Source: Phormidesmis sp. (GTDB lineage: Bacteria; Cyanobacteriota; Cyanobacteriia; Leptolyngbyales; Leptolyngbyaceae). Taken from it: DNA of 64,000 nucleotides. A model generated the notes under the pieces. The model was not told the DNA's origin. It ran no database searches and worked only from the letters and a program-made list of their open reading frames with translations. The number at the start of each line of letters is the position of its first letter. Positions within the stretch are counted from its first letter, which is position 1. The stretch covers positions 288,001 through 352,000 of the forward strand of contig CBDFJR010000005.1 of assembly GCA_965248535.1 (NCBI GenBank), written 5' to 3'. Made by a program: the position numbers and the translations under genes. Below are positions 44,245 through 54,349 of the stretch, in pieces.

Positions 44245-45780
44245 ATGTCTACACAGGTTGCTGCTGACCAATCTTCTCGCGTCGTCGTAATTGGTGCCGG
44301 AATCGGTGGCTTAACGACGGCAGCTTTGTTGGCACATCGTGGCTATCAGGTGTTGGTGTTAGATCAAGCCTTAGTTCCGGGTGGATGTGCTTCGACTTTT
44401 AAGCGACAGGGTTTCACGTTTGATGTAGGCGCGACTCAGGTAGCAGGCTTAGAACCCGGAGGCATTCATCATCGAATTTTCTCTGAGCTAGAAATCGACT
44501 TGCCTGAAGCGATTCCCTGCGATCCTGCCTGTGCGGTTTTTTTGCCCGGTGAAACTGAGCCAATCAACGTCTGGCGTGATCCGCAAAAATGGCAGGCAGA
44601 ACGAGAGCGGCAGTTTCCTGGCAGTGCTCCTTTTTGGCAGCTTCTGGCGGATTTGTTCAAACATAGCTGGGCGTTTCAGATGCGCGACCCGGTGCTGCCG
44701 CCTCGCAATATTTGGGATTTGTGGCAACTCACCAAAGCCGTGCGTCCCGACACGTTGATGACGCTGCCTCACACCTTCTCAACGGTCGGAGATGCCCTAC
44801 GCGGATATGGGTTGGGTGACAATCAGCGCTTGAGAACCTTTTTAGATTTGCAGCTTAAACTCTATTCTCAAGTTAACGCTGAGGAGACGGCTTTGCTTTA
44901 TGCAGCAACCGCTTTGGGCGTTTCGCAAGCGCCACACGGGTTGTTTCACCTTGAGGGCAGTATGCAGGTGTTGAGCGATCGTCTCGTCTCGGCGTTAGAG
45001 CGCGTTTACCCCGAAGGGGGAACTGCTGCGCAACGCGGTCACCTCCTAATGCGTCACACGGTCGAAAAGATTCACCTCCAAGCCGGAAAGCCCACAGGAG
45101 TCACGATCCGCAATCAGAAGACAGGCGAAACTTGGGTTGAACCCGCCGATCGCGTTGTTGCCAATGTCACGGTTCAAAATCTGATGCAGCTTTTAGACGA
45201 AGATGCCCCAAAAGGCTATCAGCGTCGAGTTGATAAGCTGCCTCCGTCTTCTGGCGCATTCGTCATTTATTTAGGCGTTGATCAGTCGGCGATTCCTGAT
45301 CACTGTCCGCCACATCTGCAATTTTTATATGACTATGAGGGCGCGATCGGAGAAAACAATTCTCTATTCGTCTCAGTCAGCCATCCTGGAGATGGTCGCG
45401 CTCCTGACGGCAAAGCGACGGTGATCGCGTCGTCCTTCACCGATTCGGCACTGTGGTTTCAGTGCGATGACTATGAGGCGTTGAAGAAAAAATATAGTGA
45501 GGAAGCGATCGCTCGTCTCAGCCAGTTCTTTGATTTAGAGGGCACGATCGTTTACCAGGAAGCCGCGACTCCTCGGACGTTTCAACACTTTACGGGGCGC
45601 GATCGCGGTGCAGTTGGCGGCATTGGTCAGCGAGTGCCAACGTTTGGCCCGTTTGGATTTGCCAATCGCACCCCGATTAAAGATCTGTGGCTTGTAGGTG
45701 ACTCAACTCATCCCGGTGAGGGCACGGCGGGCGTGAGTTATTCGGCTTTGACTGTGGTGAGGCAGATCGAAGCGGAGTAA
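44245..45780 (+). CDS. crtD: Carotenoid C-3',4' desaturase
   Basis: GAGIGG, FDVGATQVAGLEPGGIH, GDSTHPGEGTAGVS. Confidence 0.88.
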   Translation: MSTQVAADQSSRVVVIGAGIGGLTTAALLAHRGYQVLVLDQALVPGGCASTFKRQGFTFDVGATQVAGLEPGGIHHRIFSELEIDLPEAIPCDPACAVFLPGETEPINVWRDPQKWQAERERQFPGSAPFWQLLADLFKHSWAFQMRDPVLPPRNIWDLWQLTKAVRPDTLMTLPHTFSTVGDALRGYGLGDNQRLRTFLDLQLKLYSQVNAEETALLYAATALGVSQAPHGLFHLEGSMQVLSDRLVSALERVYPEGGTAAQRGHLLMRHTVEKIHLQAGKPTGVTIRNQKTGETWVEPADRVVANVTVQNLMQLLDEDAPKGYQRRVDKLPPSSGAFVIYLGVDQSAIPDHCPPHLQFLYDYEGAIGENNSLFVSVSHPGDGRAPDGKATVIASSFTDSALWFQCDDYEALKKKYSEEAIARLSQFFDLEGTIVYQEAATPRTFQHFTGRDRGAVGGIGQRVPTFGPFGFANRTPIKDLWLVGDSTHPGEGTAGVSYSALTVVRQIEAE

Positions 45781-45818
45781 ATGCTACGATCGTTCCTATT
45801 CTTTCACGGTTGACGGTG

Positions 45819-46094
45819 ATGAATCTTCCTCCTCAGCTACAGCAAAAAGTTGAACAATGGTCAAATTTGCAGGGAATTGAGCCAGAGCAATTCATTATGG
45901 ACGCGATCGCCGAGAAAGTGAATCGGCTCGATCTGCAACAACCCAAACTTCTTTCTGAACCTAGACTCTATCGAAAAAGCGGTGTCTTAGTTGTAGAAGC
46001 TGGATGGGATGAGGACATAGATATTAACGAATTTATTGACCGTTTGCGTGAAGAGCGGAATCAGGAGATATGGGCGGGTGAAAGTTCTATTTGA
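45819..46094 (+). CDS. Putative antitoxin (partner of the PIN toxin)
   Basis: RHH-like N-terminus; overlaps the PIN gene start. Confidence 0.65.
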   Translation: MNLPPQLQQKVEQWSNLQGIEPEQFIMDAIAEKVNRLDLQQPKLLSEPRLYRKSGVLVVEAGWDEDIDINEFIDRLREERNQEIWAGESSI

Positions 46095-46513
46095 TACTTC
46101 TGTTTTGGTTGCCTGCACTTGTGGTAGAGCATCCTCGGCATTCCGTTTGTTTTCCCTGGCTCGAACAATCGAGACAACAGGAAATTCAGGCATTCATCTC
46201 GACTCATACATTAGCTGAAGCATATTCTGTATTGACAGGTACTCCTACTCGATCGCGGATTTCTCCGGCGGTTGCTCAAGAACTGCTGACAGATTGCTTG
46301 CGATATTTTGAAGTAGTTTCTATCGATGCTGATGATTATCAAGCAGCGATCGCTCAAATGGTCGCACTGAACCTACCAGGCGGTGGAATCTATGACGCAC
46401 TGATTGCACAGGCCGCTCTTAAAGGTAATGCAGAGGTCTTACTGACGCTAAACGCGAAGCATTTCACTCGATTGGGAGATACGATCGCGCCTCTCGTACA
46501 AACTCCACAGTAG
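46078..46513 (+). pseudogene. PIN/VapC toxin with a +1 frameshift near 46112
   Basis: GTG start gives MKVLFDTSVLVA; the rest (ALVVEHPRH...LAEAYSVL...IYDALIA...LLTLN) is in another frame. Confidence 0.8.
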
Positions 46514-46553
46514 TTTTTTGCAATCAAATCAGAGTTTTTCAGTTAGAGGAACT

Positions 46554-48227
46554 CTACAACCGCCAAAGTGTTTTTAGACAGTTGATAAGTTTTATCTGCC
46601 GTCGATCAATAACTATTGATGTCCACTCTTCATCATGAAGCACTTGTGTTGTTAGTGCAAAAGGGCAAACTCCAGAGCTTGTAGTGAAGTATTTCTTCTT
46701 CTTTGTCCCGAATTCATAGTTCTGTGACTCACTATTTTTTGCACGCGAGAGCAAAACTAAGTTACCTAGACGATGAACATACTGCTGACGAATTTCTTCA
46801 GTAGGAAACCACTGCATCCATTCACTTTCGCTTGCCGGATTTTGGGGCAATACGTGTTCAACTGTAATAATGCGATGATCATAAGAAGCTTCGCCTGTGG
46901 AAAGTTCAGCATCCAAACGTAGCAAAACATACAGGCGAATTCTTCGAGCTAAATAGAGATCACCATTAAGGTTTCGTAAAATATTGTGCTGTTCTTCAGA
47001 AGTCAATTGAAGAGGCGAGTCTACTTGAAATAAGTCTCCCTCAGCGTTGATCGCGCTCAACAAACGGCTGAATCGTTCGATTCGCTGATTGATGTTTGAT
47101 CGTTGAATCATCAGACCTGCGGCAAGCCTCTCTAAGTCTGTGAAAAAACGAATAAGCAGATCAGAATCGTTGCGATATTTTGACAGAAAAAGGATCGCGG
47201 GTGGCACCCAATCAGAACTATCGACCCAGTTCAGCCACTTGAACAAGCTGTTGACTTTCTCTGCCCGTCGATCGCTCTGATAAGTTAACGTGTAAATTTC
47301 TTGAAAGGCATCAGCAAGGGGACAAAGAATCTCATCGATAAATTTCTGAGGGTGCTCGGTTGGCTTTACGTGCTCACGAAATTCTTTGATCACGCTGCCA
47401 GCAGGTTTTGCCTTGCGATAAATCATGCGAATGTGAGAGAACAGGCCTTTGAATTGCTCTCTGCCTAACCTCTCTTCAGTGTCTTCCCATCGAATTGTGT
47501 ATTTCTCTTGGTACTGTTCAGGGAGTTTTCCAATGACCTCAGCTTTGAGAATGTCTGTAGGGGATAGATCGAGTCCTCGATCATTCATGACTGAGAATAT
47601 TCGATAGGCAGAATCAGAATCGGGTGTGGTGACGACAACTAGGAAGCATCTTGTTGCAATGAACTTTCCCAAGCGGATGCGCTGTGATTCTGATATTTGT
47701 TCAAGTCTAGATAGCAGTTTGTTTGCATTATCTTTGATATTGCATTGGCTATCGGAGAGTCCGTTAGAGTTTAAGATCTTGAGCTTGTCAACTCCATTCT
47801 CGTCTTGAATGTATTTTCTGAAAAACTCTTTATCTCGATCGCGCAAGGTTAAACGATAATGCTTCTCTACCCCAGCAAACGAGTCCTCTGGCTGACAAAG
47901 ACGAAGTGTTATGCCACTTGCGAAATCGGAAGGTACTAATGTTCGCAGTGCTGATAACAGGATCGTTATGGTTGTGAGGCGCTGCTGACCATCCACAACT
48001 TCAGAATCACGCTCAGTTCCCTTAATCAGCACAATGCTGCCAAGAAAATAGGGATCATTCTGATCAATTTCTTCGCTACCATCGCCCAAAGCTGTGATAA
48101 GGTCATCTAGCAAATCTTCAGATTGCTCAGTCGTCCAAGCATAGGGGCGTTGGTAGCCTGGAATTTTGAAGGTGAATTCATCACTAAAAACTTTGTAGAG
48201 GGGATATTCAGCAGCTTTAATAGACAT
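46554..48227 (-). CDS. DUF262 + DUF1524 (HNH) protein, GmrSD-like defence nuclease
   Basis: YQRPYAW, DGQQRLTT, MNDRG, VEHVLPQ...LGNLVLL...N; AT-rich. Confidence 0.9.
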   Translation of the reverse strand: MSIKAAEYPLYKVFSDEFTFKIPGYQRPYAWTTEQSEDLLDDLITALGDGSEEIDQNDPYFLGSIVLIKGTERDSEVVDGQQRLTTITILLSALRTLVPSDFASGITLRLCQPEDSFAGVEKHYRLTLRDRDKEFFRKYIQDENGVDKLKILNSNGLSDSQCNIKDNANKLLSRLEQISESQRIRLGKFIATRCFLVVVTTPDSDSAYRIFSVMNDRGLDLSPTDILKAEVIGKLPEQYQEKYTIRWEDTEERLGREQFKGLFSHIRMIYRKAKPAGSVIKEFREHVKPTEHPQKFIDEILCPLADAFQEIYTLTYQSDRRAEKVNSLFKWLNWVDSSDWVPPAILFLSKYRNDSDLLIRFFTDLERLAAGLMIQRSNINQRIERFSRLLSAINAEGDLFQVDSPLQLTSEEQHNILRNLNGDLYLARRIRLYVLLRLDAELSTGEASYDHRIITVEHVLPQNPASESEWMQWFPTEEIRQQYVHRLGNLVLLSRAKNSESQNYEFGTKKKKYFTTSSGVCPFALTTQVLHDEEWTSIVIDRRQIKLINCLKTLWRL

Positions 48228-48331
48228 CCGTATAAATTTTCTCAGGGAAGCATTATTGGTTACGTTTCTGTAATCAATGGTGGCTCATTTTCACTTAAAT
48301 GTCACAGTTTCTGAGAAGCACGGTTATTGGA

Positions 48332-48442
48332 ATCCTCAAGTACGTCACAGTACGCCTCTTCCTCCAGCGCATCGGCGGTCGCTATCGCTTTATTCACAAG
48401 CTTTTGCAAGAACACTTTGCAGGAATGAGGGGTGAGGGATGA
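48332..48442 (+). repeat. NACHT-protein C-terminus repeat, copy 1
   Basis: Translates ILKYVTVRLFLQRIGGRYRFIHKLLQEHFAGMRGEG*; no start codon. Confidence 0.85.
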
Positions 48443-48490
48443 GAAACTGGGCAAGGTAAACTAGAGTGAATCCTTACTGCTAGAACCGCA

Positions 48491-48706
48491 ATGCAAGTCA
48501 AAGATTTAACGACCGACGAACTTAAGACTTTAATTCGCGAAACCGTTCTAGAAACCTTAGAAGCGTTTCTGGATGACCCCGATGAAGGCAAAGAAATTCG
48601 TCCAGAAGTAAAACAACAACTGATCGACTCACTACAGCAGACACGCACCGGAGAACGCGGAATTCCAGCAGCAGAAGTCGCCAGAAAACTGGGCTTGTCC
48701 TGGTAA
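48491..48706 (+). CDS. Antitoxin of a RelE pair
   Basis: MQVKDLT...DPDEG...AEVARKLGL; stop overlaps the relE start. Confidence 0.8.
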   Translation: MQVKDLTTDELKTLIRETVLETLEAFLDDPDEGKEIRPEVKQQLIDSLQQTRTGERGIPAAEVARKLGLSW

Positions 48707-48966
48707 TGGAATACACAGTTGAATTTAAGGCTGCGGCACTTTCCCAACTAGAACACATTAGCCAGAACAATCAGAAACGAATCCTTCGTAAAATTCGTTG
48801 GCTCACAGATAACTTTGAGCAACTCACGCCCCAACCGCTCACAGGGGAGTTAAGTCGTCTATTTAAGCTGAGAATTGGTGATTATCGCGCCCTCTACTCC
48901 TTCGATGAGGAAACCCAAATCATCACCTTCCATCGCATTGGGCACCGCAGCGAAATCTACTTGTGA
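48706..48966 (+). CDS. RelE/ParE family toxin
   Basis: LTGEL...KLRIGDYRALY...IGHRSEIY. Confidence 0.92.
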   Translation: MEYTVEFKAAALSQLEHISQNNQKRILRKIRWLTDNFEQLTPQPLTGELSRLFKLRIGDYRALYSFDEETQIITFHRIGHRSEIYL

Positions 48967-48980
48967 GACAGCGCCTCCAA

Positions 48981-49112
48981 TTTCTCCACTACGCCACCGA
49001 TCGCCTCTTCCTCCAGCGAGTCGGTGGTCGCTACCGCTTCATTCACAAGCTCTTGCAAGAGCACTTTGCAGCGATGAGTGAAGTTTCCGCTCCGCTTCGC
49101 GAGGAGAGATGA
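48981..49112 (+). repeat. NACHT-protein C-terminus repeat, copy 2
   Basis: Translates FLHYATDRLFLQRVGGRYRFIHKLLQEHFAAMSEVSAPLREER*. Confidence 0.88.
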
Positions 49113-49152
49113 GGAATTAAACTGAGAAAGTTAGAAGTTCTCGAAAAGCAAG

Positions 49153-49413
49153 ATGGACGTTAGTAAAGAAAGCCAACAACCCTCGATCGACCCCTCTCAA
49201 TCCCCAGCAACAGTGGATGAACCATTGAGAGCGATCGCCTACAGTATGGATGTCCTGATTCCAGGCTTTTATCTCTGGCTCGGTGCCTTCAAACTTCGCA
49301 TCGGTGGCAGCCTGCCAGAAACGACCTATCCTGGCACACTCCATAGCTTTGCTGGCATTTCCGTTGTTTTACCAGGCTATCGAATCTACACAACCTATCA
49401 CGGCAGTTATTGA
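49153..49413 (+). CDS. Hypothetical protein, first gene of an overlapping pair
   Basis: 86-aa ORF with a 4-bp overlap to the next gene. Confidence 0.65.
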   Translation: MDVSKESQQPSIDPSQSPATVDEPLRAIAYSMDVLIPGFYLWLGAFKLRIGGSLPETTYPGTLHSFAGISVVLPGYRIYTTYHGSY

Positions 49414-49640
49414 CCCTCGATAAACACAAAATCGATGGAGTGCCCCAAATTACCGTGAGAGTTTTGCCAACCGAAGAGTTCGACGCACTGCTGATACAAG
49501 CTGGATACCGCAAGATTGGATCGGCTCCTGCTCAAGGAAACCGCATCAAAAGCGGGTGGATTCATTCAACATTTGCCAGAGTCGAAGCGATTTACAGCCC
49601 AGACGGAACCCTAGCAATTACCGCATATCACATCACTTGA
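49410..49640 (+). CDS. Hypothetical protein, toxin-like second gene of the pair
   Basis: 76 aa, ends AITAYH. Confidence 0.65.
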   Translation: MTLDKHKIDGVPQITVRVLPTEEFDALLIQAGYRKIGSAPAQGNRIKSGWIHSTFARVEAIYSPDGTLAITAYHIT

Positions 49641-49652
49641 TAGAGAATTACT

Positions 49653-49814
49653 GAGTACCCCACATAACGCCTCTTCCTCCAGCGAGTCGGAAAACACAAC
49701 GTGTGGCGAAGCTTTCGCGATGCCCTCGGCTCTCGTTTGTGAGTTCGCTTCATTCACAAGCTCTTGCAAGAACACTTCGCCAAAATGGAAAAATCGGGAC
49801 GATCGTCCCCGTGA
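49653..49814 (+). repeat. NACHT-protein C-terminus repeat, copy 3 (with internal insertion)
   Basis: EYPT*RLFLQRVG-[insert]-RFIHKLLQEHFAKMEKSGRSSP*. Confidence 0.85.
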
Positions 49815-49848
49815 TATCTTGACTCCATCACCCCACCCACATTGAGCT

Positions 49849-50085
49849 ATGAACCCCTCTCAACCCAAACAGCAATTTACCGCAATCATTGAACGAGAAG
49901 GTGATGGATATGTTGCGCTCTGTCCTGAACTGGATATTGCAAGTCAAGGTGACACCGTAGAGCAAGCTAAACAGAATCTCACCGAAGCGGTAGAGCTATT
50001 TTTTGAGGTTGCCGACCCTTCAGAAGTTAAGAGACGCTTGCGAACCGACGTGTTTATTACCCGATTGGAGGTCGCCGTTGGGTAA
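49849..50085 (+). CDS. HicB-family antitoxin
   Basis: FTAIIEREGDGYVALCPELDIASQGDTVEQA. Confidence 0.9.
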   Translation: MNPSQPKQQFTAIIEREGDGYVALCPELDIASQGDTVEQAKQNLTEAVELFFEVADPSEVKRRLRTDVFITRLEVAVG

Positions 50086-50302
50086 GCTTCGCGTGTTATC
50101 AGGGCAACAAGTTTGCCGCATTCTCGAAGAACAGGGGTTTATTGAAGTTCGGCAAAAAGGCAGCCACATCATCATGCAGTTTGCAACCGATGAGACGACT
50201 GTGACGGTTCCAATACCCAACCATTCAGAACTTCGTACTGGAACATTACGCTCCATCATTCGCCAGTGCGGTCTTCCTCGTGAATTGTTTGAGGTGACTT
50301 AG
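50078..50302 (+). CDS. HicA-family toxin
   Basis: TTG start after GGAGG; RQKGSH, VPIPNH...GTLRSII. Confidence 0.9.
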   Translation: MGKLRVLSGQQVCRILEEQGFIEVRQKGSHIIMQFATDETTVTVPIPNHSELRTGTLRSIIRQCGLPRELFEVT

Positions 50303-50313
50303 CCAAGTTTCTA

Positions 50314-52272
50314 TCACCGCCCCACAATTTTCTTCCACGCTGCAATCTGAAGTTGAGCTTGAGCATAGGCATTTGTGCGCGGCGGAATCTTTTGAGCCGT
50401 CACGATCGCGCCCCCCATATCCGTGTCTGCTTGGCTAATAGCCGCCTGCAAAATTTGCTGACTCCACAGCCCGATCGCTTGCTCAGCCTCACTCCTTTGA
50501 GGACTCGCACCCGGAACCCCATTAGCCAACCGAATCGCTTCAACAAGGGAATCAGGAGTGCCACCATTGGCTGCAATTTTGGCTTGCTGAAGGCCTTGTT
50601 CGGCTTGCTGTCGGCGCTGCCAAGTTTGCAACTTTGATTGAGCATCGTCATAGATTGCGCTTTTAGAGCCGATGCTTTGAGTAAGCGCGATCGCGCCAGG
50701 TAAATCACCTGACTCAGCCAACCTGTCGGCCTGACTCAAAATCGGCGCATCTTGCAGTTGAGCCAACTGACGATTCCACTGTCTGATTCGGTTTTGGGCC
50801 TCTTTATAGAGAGTCCGACCTGGCCCAATCTGGCTAGCCTGATCCATTGCAGTTTGCAGGTTGGCAATATCACCGCGACTCGCAAACTGATCGGCTTGGT
50901 CGAGCAATGGACGGTCTTGCTGAGTTTGCATTTGTCCGCTCAGATCGGTCGCGAGTTTTTGCGCTTCCTGAGAGCGAGGATTGCTAGACGGCACCAGAGA
51001 CGCTTGAGCGATCGCTGCCTGCAAATCTTCAGGTTTGCCCGACTGAGCCAACTGGCGCGCTTTCTCTAACTGAGCAATGTCGCCCTTCTCTGATTGCCAG
51101 CGATTGAGAAGCGTCTGAGCTTTTGCATAAAGTGGGCGACCCATCTCGACTTTTTGAATCTGAGCGATCGCTTCTTCTAGATCAGCCACTGTTCCGCTCC
51201 AAGATTTAGCCTGAGCGCGGGCAATCACCTCAAAATCTTCGGCTTCGCGCTGCAAGTTGGCGATCGGCGGAATTTTGCTCACAATCTCCAGTGCTCCCTG
51301 CAAGTCGCGGCGGGTCAGGGTGTCTTGCGCCAAATCGAGCATTTTTTGCCCAAACTTAGCGATCGTGTCTTGCGCCTCTTGATAGACATAGCTCTTGGCA
51401 TCGACGTTAGACGCGAGTTTAATCGCCTCCAGCAGGTTAGAAACGCCGCCCCGATCGGCTAAATCTTTGGCTTTGGCAATCTTGCTGATGTCGGCGCGAG
51501 TCACGGTGATTTTTTCGGTCAGTTCTTGATATTTTGTGGTCTGCCAGAAGTTATTCTCAATGGAAAGTAACCGAGCCGCGTCAGAGGACGCTTTACGCCA
51601 ATTTTGATCGCGCAGCGCATCTTCGACTCGCCGATAGATCGCTTCTGCATCTGACCAAATCGCTTGCCAACGGGTGATGCGGGCTTCGACTTCGCTATGG
51701 ATGCTGGCGCTTTGAGGCACCTTGTGAGCAGTGGCGATCGCGTCACCCAACTTGCCCGCGTTAAACGCATCATCGCCCAACTGCAAAATCTCGGTTGACC
51801 ACTGCTCAATCAGTCGCGAAGACTCTTGGTGCAGGGGGTGATCGGGGGGCAAACTGTTGAGAAGCTGAATCGCCTCTAGCAAATCGTTGACCGTTTGCTT
51901 GTTGGCGGCCAGTTGAGCGCAGTGCAGCCGCAGCGAGGCAGAGGCCAGCGGCCAAAAAATAGCCGGACAGTTGGGCACGGCAGGCAGCTTAAACAGAAAC
52001 CCGATCGCCAAAAATGACATCCCACCCGTTAGGGCCAACCCCAAACCTGCTGCGACTCTCCAATCGGTTAAGGCTTGTCTCAGCCGCTTTTTGAAGCGGG
52101 ACTTTGAGAGATTCTGAGACCCCGCAGAACTGGACTGAGATGCCACGATCGCCTCTAAAGGCTGGCTCGGTTGATGCAGAGACAATGACTCTGGGGAGGG
52201 TAACTCAAAGGGGTTCCCTGGTTTTTGCGATTTGGGAAGCCGCCGATCTGGAATGCCGCGATCTCTAGTCAT
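50314..52272 (-). CDS. Conserved cyanobacterial membrane-anchored helical-repeat protein
   Basis: TM followed by PNCPAIFWPLASASLRLHCA and repeated AIA.A..I helical units. Confidence 0.8.
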   Translation of the reverse strand: MTRDRGIPDRRLPKSQKPGNPFELPSPESLSLHQPSQPLEAIVASQSSSAGSQNLSKSRFKKRLRQALTDWRVAAGLGLALTGGMSFLAIGFLFKLPAVPNCPAIFWPLASASLRLHCAQLAANKQTVNDLLEAIQLLNSLPPDHPLHQESSRLIEQWSTEILQLGDDAFNAGKLGDAIATAHKVPQSASIHSEVEARITRWQAIWSDAEAIYRRVEDALRDQNWRKASSDAARLLSIENNFWQTTKYQELTEKITVTRADISKIAKAKDLADRGGVSNLLEAIKLASNVDAKSYVYQEAQDTIAKFGQKMLDLAQDTLTRRDLQGALEIVSKIPPIANLQREAEDFEVIARAQAKSWSGTVADLEEAIAQIQKVEMGRPLYAKAQTLLNRWQSEKGDIAQLEKARQLAQSGKPEDLQAAIAQASLVPSSNPRSQEAQKLATDLSGQMQTQQDRPLLDQADQFASRGDIANLQTAMDQASQIGPGRTLYKEAQNRIRQWNRQLAQLQDAPILSQADRLAESGDLPGAIALTQSIGSKSAIYDDAQSKLQTWQRRQQAEQGLQQAKIAANGGTPDSLVEAIRLANGVPGASPQRSEAEQAIGLWSQQILQAAISQADTDMGGAIVTAQKIPPRTNAYAQAQLQIAAWKKIVGR

Positions 52273-52423
52273 AGACTCTTTAAGAACAGCGCTGTCGCTT
52301 CAGTTTTTTCTAACCATAGACAAGACAATAGATGCAATCCTACTCTTCATCTTGCAAAAAACCAACTTTCTGCCCAAGATTGAGAGGTTTAACAGGTTAA
52401 GATCCGACCTTTCACAATTTTAA

Positions 52424-53266
<843 letters not shown>

Positions 53267-53356
53267 AAATCGTAGAGGTCTGGCCTTGCCGTGCCCATGA
53301 GACGATGCCAGACCCCGATCGGAGTGAATCAGCGTAAATCTACACGTCTAAAGCTC

Positions 53357-53791
53357 TTAGCCTTTGGGTTTGACGACCCAGACTGAGCAAGGAGCATCGG
53401 TGACGATTTGGCTGCTGACCGACCCTAGCAAAATTCGCTGCATCCCCGTCAAGCCGCGACTGCCGATCAAAATCAGGTCGGCTTTATAGATGTTGGCTAA
53501 CCGAATGATTTCTTCGGCTGGATCGCCCGTCACAATCTCAATTTCACTCTGGCAGAGCAAAGTTTTTTGATAGCGGTGTAGCTGCCTTTCGATGCGATCG
53601 TGAGGAAACCCTTCTAAATTAGCCTGGGGTCGATCAACGACCACTTCAACTTCAGTCTGCGTCGCCCCAATCACATGGGCCAAAATCACCGTTGACTCAG
53701 GCTCAAGACTAAGCTGCTGTAGAGCCTGCATCACTTGATCGGCCAGAGGATCAGGCTCGACATCTAAAGCAACCAAAATTGTTTTTAACAT
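53357..53791 (-). CDS. Universal stress protein
   Basis: ILVALD, GDPAEEI, GSRG...LGSVS. Confidence 0.92.
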   Translation of the reverse strand: MLKTILVALDVEPDPLADQVMQALQQLSLEPESTVILAHVIGATQTEVEVVVDRPQANLEGFPHDRIERQLHRYQKTLLCQSEIEIVTGDPAEEIIRLANIYKADLILIGSRGLTGMQRILLGSVSSQIVTDAPCSVWVVKPKG

Positions 53792-53861
53792 CGCACCGTT
53801 CTCCGATCGCGTCACCTATGTGATCACCCTACAATGGTTTTAGGGCGGCGCGATCAAAGGT

Positions 53862-54230
53862 TTATTTATCGTTGCTGAGGGAGTCGGCGGTGAGAGGCTC
53901 GGCAGTGACAGGATCAGTCAAGGTGAGATCAGGTGCGCCGTTTGGCGACTCTACGACGGTTTCGGCGATCGGTCTGACTCGCCGAATTTGGAGGTTGGCA
54001 ATTAACGCCGTAGATCGTTGATTATTTTCTAACGAAATCTCGGTCGCTTCGTCGTCAAGCTCGACATAGCGCGAGACGACTTCTAAAATTTCTTTTCGCA
54101 TCGCCTCGATCACACTGGGAGGCAAGTCTGCCCGATCGTGGGCCAGCACGAGCTTTAGACGGCGCTTAACGTCTTGGCGGCTGTTGTCACCTCCGCGGGG
54201 AAAAAGTCGTTCTAAAAGTTCAATGATCAT
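53862..54230 (-). CDS. minE: Cell division topological specificity factor
   Basis: [25 protein letters not shown]. Confidence 0.95.
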   Translation of the reverse strand: MIIELLERLFPRGGDNSRQDVKRRLKLVLAHDRADLPPSVIEAMRKEILEVVSRYVELDDEATEISLENNQRSTALIANLQIRRVRPIAETVVESPNGAPDLTLTDPVTAEPLTADSLSNDK

Positions 54231-54349
54231 GGAGGGCTAGAAAAAATCAGGGTAGGGCGATCGAGAGCCTAGAGACGTTAAGAACTGGATGTAGAGAAAG
54301 TCAGTCAGGTGCACCTTTTCTTAACTGTTTCACTTTTGGGCGGTTTAGA

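Noticed and set aside
48332..49814. Three direct repeats as a CRISPR array or as attC sites
   Set aside because: The repeats are about 100 bp, non-palindromic and codon-conserved, and are separated by ~550-bp gene pairs; there are no cas genes and no AAC/GTT boxes.
48332..49814. DGR template/variable repeats
   Set aside because: Differences are not adenine-specific and no reverse transcriptase is present in the window.
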